DNA of 64,000 nucleotides, taken from contig NW_024704742.1 in NCBI RefSeq assembly GCF_018977255.1, positions 25,484,001 to 25,548,000 of the forward strand, in the 5' to 3' direction. Source of the DNA: Callorhinchus milii (taxonomy: Eukaryota). The translations under genes were made by a program, and so were the position numbers. The notes below the pieces were generated by a model. The model was not told where the DNA came from and ran no database searches. It saw only the letters and a program-made list of their open reading frames with translations. Shown here piece after piece: positions 52,791-64,000 of this stretch (positions within the stretch are counted from its first letter, which is position 1; the number at the start of each line of letters is the position of its first letter).

Positions 52791-55539
52791 TCTATTGTCT
52801 TATAATACTTATTAACTTATGAGACATGAGCTACATTTGACAAACCTAGGCCGACTCTCCCTGACGTGTGAATATTTATCTGGATGCTTACTTATTCTGT
52901 CCCTAATGATAGATTCCAGTAATTTGCTGATATTAAGCTCATAGGTCTATAGTAGCTTGCTTGTCCCTTCCTCCGTTCTTGAATAATAGTTACATTTACA
53001 GTCCTCCAATTCTTTGGTACAATTCCCAATACCCACATGTATAGGATCAGCTCAAACCATTTTCATTTCCCTTGGCATGAAGCCCATATCGCATTTCCCT
53101 AAATAGTAACCAATCTACCACACTAAAAATACAAAAAAGTCAGGAATATAACTTATTAAAATTTGGTTGATACTAGCTGAAAGTTAATGCATTATAAATA
53201 CTCTTCTCACTTTCATGGCCCAATTTTTAGATAAAATGTTATAAATACTATTTGGAAAAATGCAAACTTTTGCAAGAGCACATTACACTAAATATTTATC
53301 TTATAATTGGGTATAAATGAAGGTTGAACATTTACGATATTCTAAATACTGTTTGATTTCAATCTTAACCTATGTCAAACTCATTTTCTCAACAAAAAAA
53401 ACCTTTGCATTGGACAATTGCTTGAGAGGAAAAAACATTTTAAACATCATAAAAATATCTGTATAATTGGGCGTGAAACCCAAGAATGTAGTTTGAAATA
53501 AAAACCTAAGATGGACAAAAACATTTCCAAAGTACTGTGCCAATTTCTGTAAATATTAATAGAGCAATTCTTGTGCATTTAAATATTTTTCTTGCATAAT
53601 TGAAGCTTCATTAGATAATCTGGTATATTTCAATTTGTTTGATAATAATGATCATTATGCATTTTATATACGGCCTTTCACATTAGGAGGATGCCTCAAA
53701 CCACTTCACGGGATATAGTGTAAAGTGGAATGACTATTTTGTAGGTGAACACGACAGCCAATGTTGCACAAGTCCATGCCCCACGATCAACCTCCAACAA
53801 TGCAGCAAGCCACAGTAATGTCAGTATAGATTAAGCGAGTTGAAAGTTTCAACATAGAGCATTAGTGATACCAACTAAGTCAGGCTGTCACCGGAAAACC
53901 CTAAAGGTTTAATCCTAAAACACAGTGCTTTCAAAAGTCAAAATGCCGATTATGAATGAAGATGATGCAATGCATCAGCATACAATTACTGCTGAAAAAT
54001 GCAGAAAATTGCAGCACTGGAGAAGCTCTCACTACTTTGCAGCCTTTCTGCTTTCTCTATTTTAACGATACTTCTACAACCTTTGTTCCTCAAATATTCC
54101 AAAATTCAGTCACTGCAAGTAAATCATGTGAGGTGCTTTGAGACACCTTTTTGACATGAAATGCGACATAAAATGCAAGCAAGATTATTAGAATTATTTC
54201 TACAACAAAGGTTGTAGAAGTATCTTTAAAATAGAGAAAGCAGAAAGGTATGAGACATACAATCTAACCTGTTTATGAATCTCTAATCCATGATTCAAAA
54301 TTCCTATCAAAGTGATCACTTATTTAGGTATTTTAATAAAGGCTACTTGTGGCTTAAATACAGTATTTATTGCATCAATTAAATTCTCAGTCAATTCTCA
54401 ACATGTCAACATCCAAAACAAAAGCACAATCTATACGTTTAAAAATATCCTGCCCCTCCTAATAGATTTTAGAGACGTAACTTTTCTTTTAAAAAAACAT
54501 GTCATTGCTCCCTTTCCCACATCGCATAATGTCTGCCACAAGCTTCAAACAAGAATTACAATATTTCACTATTTGAACAAGCACTGGACAGACTTCCATT
54601 TATTATATTGTACTTTGAAAAAAATTGCTCCTCACCTTTAATTCATAACAATGAAGGACTTTTCTTGAGTGGAAAAGAATGCAGCAATGCCTTCCTATTG
54701 TACACATTATAACACTCAGGGCGAAATTATTTAGAGAATCTGATCTTTAAACATACAGTTTACATTTTACCCAATCTTACACTTTATTGCTGCAGTTTAT
54801 AAGAAATACTGGAAGTTGCTACAGGAAGGCAGTATTCAAGGCAGATTAAGATTAGCTTCCTGTTTGAACCTTTTGTGACAACTTAAAAATTGTCATCCAC
54901 TATTTTATTCAATAGATTTTTAAAACATCATTGGTTTGGTTGCTCTCTGAAGTTAGGTTCACAACAAACTGTGGTGAGAATAGTTCAGTCACAGTATTTT
55001 CCTGTGATCAGAAACCAATAGCAAGTGAGAAATGCTGAAGTCCACCTCAGTGAATTGAATACTTCACAAATTGAACGCTTCTCTAAAGTTCAAAAAGCTA
55101 ATATGCACTGGAGAAGTGTGAAATCTGTTTAGAAATTAATTGCTTATTTGTGGAGGGAGAAGAAAATCTGAATGCCCATTTCTGAAATTATCTTTAAGTA
55201 CTGGTTTATTTTACTCAAACCTTTGTGTTCTATCCGGTACATATATTATTTTATCTTTAGTAATTTATTCAAGTATTATAATTGGAAACCTTGCAATTTG
55301 TGAGAGATTGATCATTTCGCCTGCTAGGTATGAGACTGAAATGAAACTCGGTTTGCTATTGTTCATTCTGGGCCCATTTGAGCCAGTCATTTTCACCTGA
55401 GGGAAGTAAGCACATGCCACGTGGGCTTGAGAGGAATGACCTTGGGTACAGCTGTAGCGATTTTGAAAGTAAGCAGGATACAGGGAGCATTCAATAAGCT
55501 GAAATCAGACAAACGCACAAGATCATGACACGCTGTGAC

Positions 55540-57150
55540 ATTATTTCCACTGTGAAGACAAACAAAATATTGATTTAGAGGTTCTGCCATGTCAATATCT
55601 GCAAATGCTGTCTACCCAATTCAGTTTTAGTGCACCCACATTCTCCTTTGCAACTCTCTTTTTAATGTACTTATAAAAAGTTTCAATCCACAACTGTTTG
55701 TGGGACACTGATGTGCGCAACTGACTGCCGATTTCACCCACAAAATGCAGTCAACCACTTCGCAGTATATTCTGTGAAGCGCTTTGAGATATCTCAACGA
55801 CATAATAGGATGCTGTATCAAATGCAAGGATTATTATTATTATAACATTTTTGCCAATTCTCTTGTTAAATTATTTTTGTACTTCATTTTTCTGGCTTCC
55901 TTTGTTGTCTTCTGTCACCCTCAGAGTGAGTTCATAGTCTTGGCCTTATCCTTAGATAAGGTTCCTACTTTTTCTTTACGCAAGTCCTAACCATTCTCAT
56001 CAACCATGTTTGCTTCACCATAGAAATACCACTTGCCTTTCATGGGCATACACTCATGTTGGTAATCCAAATTACAGTTTTACCAACGGATTTACCAACT
56101 AAAAAAATTCCTTCCTCACTGGTTTAGTTAACTTTCTCTTCAGTTACTTAGTTATTCTTGTTGAAATCCAAGACATTGGATTGTAATGCTGTTTTTTTTA
56201 ATTCTCAGGCCTAATATCGAATCCAATCATACTGTGGTCACTATTTCCAAAATACTCTCTTACTTCCTAAATTAAGTATCTCTTATCCCCGCGGTGGGTC
56301 AGATATTCTACATCTTCACAACTCTCTATGCATAGAAATGCTTCTTGACCTCAGTACTGACTATTTTTTGTTCTAATTTTAAGGCTATTCCTCCTTTGTA
56401 ATGGATCTCACTACCAAGGCACCATCCATTATCCAACCCATCATTTGCTTTCACCATTTTAAATACTTCAATCAAATTACCCCCTCATCTTCCTCTGCCT
56501 TACCCCTTTATACCAGGTATTAATCTAATGAACCATCATTGGACTCCCTTGAAGGCTAGAAGATGTTTCCCAATATTGGGTGTCTAAAAATGAACACAAT
56601 ACTGCAAACAATCTCTGCAGCACTCTATACAAATGCAGAAGCACCTGCGTACTTTCATGTTCCAAACCTCTTGCAATAAATTCAAGCATTCCATTTCTCT
56701 TACTGACTGCTATCTCTTATTAAGTCCGAATCTCCAATTTTGATTACTTGATTTTTCTTACATGATACAACCTGCATGTCAAATCCTCACAGTAAGATCA
56801 GTAAAATACTTCCAGTCTTTTACATCATTTTCTGATCCTTATTTCTATCTGTAGAAATTCTGCTTGCGTACACCATTTAGATCCTCCCCTTTCTAGTGCC
56901 ATGATAGTGACTACTTCTGCCCATTTTCTCGTCTCATTCCAAAAAACATATATTCTATTATTCAGGCATCAATCTTGCCCATCTTCAGCCAGATTTCTAT
57001 ACTTGGTATTGTGTAATGTTTTACTCCAGCTGGATTTGTTATTTCAGTTCCTCAATTTTATTTGTCTCTATAATAATGTGAAATACCTGGATGATAATGC
57101 CTGTGATTGATGTTACAAGATGAATCACATGATGTAAATGGCTCATTGAA
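55540..57150 (-). mobile_element. Cluster of very old CR1 ORF2 fragments (with a + strand SINE tail at 55685-55840)
   Basis: MAEPLNQYF and (L)GNSDHSMI relics on - strand, plus further antisense CR1-like text. Confidence 0.5.
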
Positions 57151-57234
57151 AAAGAGACGTATTCTGTATTCTGCTTTCTCCTGAATTACACTTTTTGACC
57201 AATTCATGCTGCATTTCATAATATACAATACAAT

Positions 57235-57780
57235 TAACATTTATATAGTGCTGGCCACGTTGGGAGGCTGAATCAAAGCAATTCACAATGCTGTAAGGCT
57301 ACCCAAATGGGGGGGGGGGTGGTTTCCAGAGGTAGATGGGGAGGGGAAGATGGCCAAAATCACGATCAAAGAGGAGAGGGTGAGAGAGAGTCGGACGGAC
57401 TTCACGATGGAATTCCGGAGAGTGGGGGAAGAACGCTGGAAGCCTGTCCGTTGAAGGTGGGGCTGATAGGGCGGAAGACATGAAGCAGGCCAGTGCTTGC
57501 TGAGCGAAGGGAATGATCAAGTTGAACTTTAGAGTTGAAGGAGATCAATTTTAGAGTTGAAGGAATTTGCAGAGGTCAGGTGGGGTGAGAACATGGAAAG
57601 ATATAAAGGTGAGAATGGGGATCTTGAATTGGATCCGCTGGGGGTTGGGGAACCAATGGAATTGAACGAGGATGAAAGTGATAGGTTCACAGAGTCTACT
57701 TGGGAGAGGACACAAGCTGCAGAGTTCTGGATAGTCTGCAGCTTGTGTAGGGAATATTAATGGGAAGAAATAAAGGCCAT
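57235..57780 (-). mobile_element. L2-like LINE 3' fragment
   Basis: HWFPNPQRIQFKIPILTF in ORF 57551..57817; antisense tail acatttatatagtgct. Confidence 0.75.
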
Positions 57781-59737
57781 GAAACAGAGAGCAACGATCT
57801 ACAGAAATGTACACCACTGACCTATTAAGCTCCCGTCAGAAACCATGTATTTTTTCACACGCCACTGCTTCCAACTCATGTCCTCTGATTAGATCACTTG
57901 GATATTTTTATAAATGGGAAAAGGCAAGTATTTATTTAAAATGACACTGCCGAGAGCAATCTTTGTGACATCCAGCAAATGCACACGATTTCCATATGAC
58001 CTAATTTGAGCATATTTTTCATGAAAAGTTCAAGTTGACTCAAAGTTTAATATTCCAATTGTACCATAGGATGTCACCTTTGTATACTAGAGTGCAGACC
58101 AGTAAACTCAGCTTTACATGGTGAAAAAGAAATAAGAACCAAATGAGAAAAGGTGTTGCATTTATTCAGTCATCTTCCTTGAACACAAACACTTCATTTC
58201 CTCATTCAGCTCTCATACTGTGTACAGTCATGACAGGCATCAGTGATAATGCATTGCTTTAAAACTGGAGTTCCTCAAATATTGGCTGGGCATGAGAGAC
58301 AGTATTGTAGCCAAAGGGCATTTGAAAATTGAAACAAACCCTTTCAATTGTATACGTTTTGTTTATGTGTTACAGTATCTTTAATAAAGCAGCTGGGACA
58401 CGGCCCTGCTTGAGGGGGGCTATAAAAGTTGTTGTTAACACGAAAGACATAAAGCATTTCTAATGATCATACTGGAAGGAACCACAGATCTGGGGGTTGG
58501 TGCATGGTAAGTACACATTCTGGAAATGTCCAGGGTGTCCCAATTCAAGAAGGTAATGGAAAGTATTGAAAGAAAAGGCCCAAGTCAAATGTGTGATACT
58601 TATCACAAAATGACGATTGGGGAATGGATTGGTGAACATGGGTCTTTGAAAAAAACGAAATGTACAGCCTGCACTGCTGTGTAAACACATTAGTCATTGT
58701 AAGAGTTGAAGGCTACTTCATATTGTTATAAAAAAGGGGTTAGTATTTTTTTTCAAATTCCCTTCCCCTGATGATGATAGTTATTTTTAGCATCTTTATA
58801 ATAAAACTATTAATACAAAAATGGCCACAATGTCTTCCTGTATGTCTGGCACTTTGCACGTGTGGCTTAGCAGAAATGATCAAAAAATAAGGAGCATGAG
58901 ATACAGTCAGGTTTTTAAATTGTGCACGTAGACCTTATTCATTCCATATAACAACTTCATATAAAATTGACAACACAAAAATTCTGCTTTTCATCTTTCC
59001 TTTTCTTCACTTCTTTCTATTCTAATTTAGAGTGCTCAAGAGTTTGCACTACTCTAAGCCTTGTGCAGTGCAAATTTCCTTTTGTCTCTTCACACACGAT
59101 CGACAGAAAATAGACTGTTCATAGCCACTATAAGTCTGAAACACAGGAAATAATAGCTGAACTGCTGAATCAATCAATCTTCCAAACAAATAATTTTTTT
59201 TTATTTCAAATCCATTTGAATCAATCCGAAATGTAATGCTAAGATGCAGTAAAGCTTACAATTTACCTAGAATCAGAAGGTAATAATAACAGCTGGCATC
59301 AACTTTTCTTCACATGAAGGTCTGAAAATTGTAAGATGGATTTCTCCCAATGATTCAATGCTCCATGGAAATACTTAGGCAATACTATGTGCTGTAGTAT
59401 TGCCTAATTAACATTCTATATTAAATATAAGTATTCAAATCATTATAATTTTTTGATTGAATCAATAATTTAGGTTTGACATGTCTTACGATTTAAAATG
59501 CACATCCCACTCCCCTGCAGTTATTTAAAAGAAATGAGGAGTTTTTCCTCTCCTGGTTTGTATTCTCTTCTCATACAAATTCATACCACAAATTTCAATT
59601 AATTGGCTTCTCATCTCATTGTTGTTTGTAACACTCTGCTGCTTCCCAATTACTCCACTTAACATTCACTTCATAAAAGTCCTTCTAGGATTTTTGTTCC
59701 TCTAAAAGACATATAAATCTTAGTTTTGTTGGAATAC

Positions 59738-60560
59738 ATGCTCCTTCTTGGTGACATTATCCGCAGACATGGGATCAATTTCCACATATATGCGGTTGAC
59801 ACTTAATGCAATGCTATCTCTCTGCCTCCACCCTTGACTTCAGGACTACTGCTGTCCTGACAGAATGTCTGTCAGACATCAAGTCCTGGATGAGAGCTAA
59901 CATTTTACAGTTACATATCAACAAGACGGAGACCTCCCTGATTGACTCCTGTCAGCGCTTGCACGCCTCAGGCACTGACAGAATCACTTTCCATGGATGC
60001 ACACTCCACCTCACTGAGCCAGTCCGGAACCTTGGTGTCTTGTTTGACCCACAACTATCTGTTCTACCCCACATCCGTGCCATGACCCGCTCTGCCTTCT
60101 CCCACCTCCACAACATCGCCCGGTTCTGACACTGTCTCACATCGCAGGCTGCTGAAACTCTCATTCACGTGTATATCATATCTAGGTTCGACCACGTCAA
60201 CTCCCTGCTTATCAACCTTCCCAACTCTTCTCTCCACAAGCTGCAGATCGTCCAGCACTCTGCAGCACCAGGCTCTGTGACCCCATCGCCCCCACCCTCG
60301 TCCGGCTCCACTGGCTCGCCATCCCTCAGAGGATAGAATTCAAAATCCTTGTCCTAGCTTTCAAGACCCTCCAAAGCCTCGTCTTCAAGACCGTCCACAG
60401 CCTCGCTTTCAAGACCCTCCACAGTCCTACCTCAGTGACCTGCTAACCCCTCATCAACCTGTCTGCTCTCTCCTCTCAGCAGGCTCTTTGCCTTGCTTCC
60501 TCCCTTGCCTCCTTCAAGGTACGTGTCAAGACCCTCCTTCGGCCACCCTCCTACCCTTCC
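59738..60560 (+). mobile_element. L2-like LINE RT/3' fragment
   Basis: MLLLGDIIRRHGINFHIYAVD, CLSDIKSWMRANILQLHINKTE, VRNLGVLFDPQL. Confidence 0.88.
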
Positions 60561-61121
60561 TGATTGAGAAACTGCTGAAAAGTTCAATTGGAATCTGACT
60601 TGGCTACTCTGCCACTTGTGATTGAACAATTTGATGACAGTCATTGTAGTTAAGCTCATACTCAGAGCATCCACTTGGGTGAGGTAATGAAGCTCTGCAG
60701 CTGTCGGTGGATCTCTGCGCATTGTGAATCACTATCTTAGAGAAAAAATAGGAGAGTACGGGGCACTGGGGGGAGGGGAGTCAATCATAGTTCGAGTAAC
60801 CAGATGTCCATCACTAAAACTCAACCTCTAACGTGTATAAAATTAATACCTGGATGACTTCTGAAAACAAAAGCACTAAGACAAGGAGGTGGGTGTGTTT
60901 GTTCATGCTATTAGTCAATGCCAGAAGGAAAGGAACTCGCTACATAAAATCTGGGGAAATATTCATCTGTGGATGTGTCACAGAGTAATTAACATTTTCC
61001 TCCAACTGTGATGATTTCCATAAATGGTAGACAGAAGCATTAATTACACTGAAGACTGCATCGGGTCTGCATTGTTTTCTTTTAACAGATTTCCTGTAAT
61101 GCTGCAATGTTATAAAATTAC

Positions 61122-61180
61122 CTCACTTCGTCCACCAGGCTATTCATGTCGGTGAGAAGGCGCTGGTTTTCCTGTTCAAA
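61122..61180 (-). CDS. STX18: Syntaxin-18 exon: FEQENQRLLTDMNSLVDEV(R)
   Basis: cag acceptor, AG|gtaatt donor; 59 nt, phase 0/2, joins the 47529 exon in frame. Confidence 0.95.
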
Positions 61181-62965
61181 CTGCCAGGAAGAAAGCATCG
61201 CAGCATTAGCAATCTCACAAAATGCAAAACATATGAATGTACATAACACAATTACATTATTTCATTTGATATATATTGCCTATCAGATACAGAACTGAAA
61301 GCACAAAAATCACTTTGCTTGTGTAAAAGAGGTTTCAGAGATCCCCCAAAAAAAATATTTTTGCAATAATCTGAATAGGTCCCAGAAACCATCATTCACA
61401 TACAACAGGCATTTAGTAATCAAGACTTGATGAAATCTGACACACAAGTACTTGCGCACAGTACACCAATCCAACTCTTCTCTAGTAAACATTGCAGTGT
61501 AAAGTCCTTCCCTTCCTCCAGTTGATTCAGATCCCAATTTTGTTTCTCCAATATGCTGATGTTATCTAATCTGGAGTACAGGAGTCCCTGGTGGTTTAGT
61601 GTGAAACAAAACCTCACTCAGGCTGTGTATTTTTTGGTCAGCTGGGTCCCTAACATAATCAGAATATCCAAATCAGACAGATACCACATGCACGCAACCC
61701 ACATATGGATATTTCCCTGTATCTGCAATGGATGGGCACTTTCTCTCTCTCTGGAAGGACACACCCTGGTTACTTAATTCCAGAGAGTATTAGATACAGG
61801 TTGACAAGAGGCAATGCTTGGGGACCTCAGAGTGTGTGTTGGGGAATTGCTGGAGTTTAGCCAACTAAAAAAACATAGCTTGCCACTGCAATACTGGCTA
61901 ATTTGTCCTTAACCATTTGATCTTTCAGCACACTATCTTTTTTTTGGGTCAGCCTGACATATGCAGAAACATCCCTATGCTTAAGAGTATCCAAACCAAC
62001 CTAACAATTCCATGCATTTCACCTACACATGGAAATTCCAGAGATAGATTGTTGGGACTATCTTTTCATTTAGCCAAAAGTAGAGATAATATACAAGTGC
62101 AATTTATCATCAATTGATATTTGTTGCTCAGTTTCAATAACATTCTCCCATATCCTGGTTATTTGTCTCCTAGATTTTCTTCTATTATTATCTTCTTCAA
62201 TTCATTGAATTAAAGAATGTTTGCAGCATGGAAGAAGGCCATTTGGCCCATTGTGTCTGTGCTGGTGCTAGCTCTCCTACTAGTCCTATCCTGCTCTTTC
62301 CTCATTTTTTTTACTTTTAATAATATTTTCCTTCAAATATTTATTCAATTCTCTTTTAATTGCCATTATTCTGGACTATAATGTGCCTTGTGTAAACTGT
62401 GGGCAAACACATATGACAGAAGTGCTCATAAATATGTAGTTTACACCCAATGAAAATTGCTTATTTACATACTCAATAAATCCCTCATTGATTTTTAATT
62501 ATATAACATGCTCCACGCTGCACACATCCAATTACACATGGCATTTAATAGAGCACAGCACCTCAGCTTCAACAGTCATTTGTAGTAAAGCATTTCACAT
62601 TCTAAAAGCCATTTATGTAAAAATAATTCTTCTAATCTCCCTTTTTTCATCAGACAATAATTCTTAATATTATATCCTCTTCTTGTTGACAAGAAAGCAA
62701 TCCCAACTTTTCATGTGCCCTCACATTCCAATAGCTCTTCCAACCTGGTAATTACCATTTGTGAATTGTTAGGAGCTTCAGCTCACAACCACCACCACAA
62801 ACAACAACAACTTGCATTTATATAGCACCCTTCACGCGAGTTACTGTCCCGGAGCACTTGATAGTGGTGGAGTCTGACAATGGAGTCATCATTCAACACC
62901 TAGAAACTTAGGCTTCAAGTATTTTCGTTACTATGACTGAAGAGTGAAACAATTAAAGTAATTAC

Positions 62966-63054
62966 CATTTGAATTTCCTCCGGCGAAAGTTCATCTTCCC
63001 ATTTGCCATCTTCCCAAAGACCCAAGTTGTCTTGCACCTCTGGGATGCTTTTAT
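62966..63054 (-). CDS. STX18: Syntaxin-18 exon: xKSIPEVQDNLGLWEDGKWEDELSPEEIQM
   Basis: ctttctaagcag acceptor, ATG|gtaatt donor; 89 nt, phase 1/0; EDELSPEEIQM motif. Upstream exons lie beyond the window. Confidence 0.92.
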
Positions 63055-64000
63055 CTGCTTAGAAAGACATACACAATTGCAATAATTTTAACAGGGATTC
63101 CATTTTAGAATACGAAAACACATCTGAAGCACAAAAAGGGCAAAAATTGCAATCCCTGCTGAGATAATTTTGAAGAAATAAACCCTTCATTTCAAATATA
63201 CTTTTAAAGACGAAAACAAAATTACACTTGTAAATTGAAAAACAAAACATTCAGCTCACACGGGGTAACTTTCATTCTAGTATTTCCAAGGCCGGACAAC
63301 GGAAAAGCATCTTAATCTCAGCTGACAAAGCACAAAATGAGAAAAGTCCATTTTATCCTTTTGGGACATCAAGGACGTAACTTCAATCTCAGACTGAAGT
63401 TACGAAATGGGTTCAATACAACCCATTTCGTCACCAGAAGAAAGAGTTTGAAAGATTCTCACGGCCCCAAAAGGAAGTCAAGTGAAACATCTACTAAACC
63501 TATATTGCACATCCTTCACTGGTGTGATTGTTGTACAGCCTGAGCAGCTCAGGAACTATCATATACCATACAAGATTTGATCATCAGTAACTAGCTGTTA
63601 TTACCCCCAACTCCAACTCAAACCAAATGTTCAGCCAGCCCTTTTTATCTGTGCAAAAGAAGGTGTTAATCAACACGGCATGAAGTGTTTAGAAGGGAGT
63701 CCATTCCATACTCTGTGGGGGTGGACAGGGGAGAAATTCCTCCACTCATGCTGGAGGCTTGTTAATTCTGTCCTTATACTCTCCAGATTGATGCACACAA
63801 TCTACATTAAATAACTTGCTGGCAACTAGACAATCAATACTTTACACATCTGGATCATGTTATCAATCAAACATCTTTTCCCTAATGAAAACAGGTTGCT
63901 CCGTGACCTTTTCCTTATAATGTAATTATTGGAATTAACCTGGTCAATTCTCCTTTGCTGAACCCATTACATATTACATTCCATACACATTAGGATGTGA

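Noticed and set aside
54198..54219. 9-bp perfect hairpin ttctacaac-aaag-gttgtagaa
   Set aside because: Short enough to arise by chance in 64 kb of AT-rich DNA; no supporting context.

Overview
Vertebrate nuclear DNA; the tRNA-derived/Deu-domain SINEs with CR1 and L2 LINEs suggest a cartilaginous fish, possibly a chimaera such as Callorhinchus (inference). It holds the 3' parts of two convergent genes read directly from the sequence. NSG1 (NEEP21) is on the + strand with three coding exons (12167-12283, 31155-31265, 36926-37129); its first coding exon was not found and probably lies upstream. STX18 (syntaxin-18) is on the - strand with its last five coding exons (63054-62966, 61180-61122, 47529-47460, 46018-45938, 40707-40612). 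All introns are GT-AG with consistent phases. Introns are filled with decayed SINEs, L2/CR1 fragments and DNA-transposon relics, so most ORF-track entries are spurious or retroelement debris. The most unusual structure is a ~1.2-1.7 kb composite cassette present twice in inverted orientation (~26.66-27.92 kb and ~42.42-44.08 kb). The two copies bracket the transmembrane exons of both genes, so an inversion between them would give in-frame NSG1/STX18 anchor swaps. No prokaryotic, CRISPR or clearly novel protein-coding system is evident.
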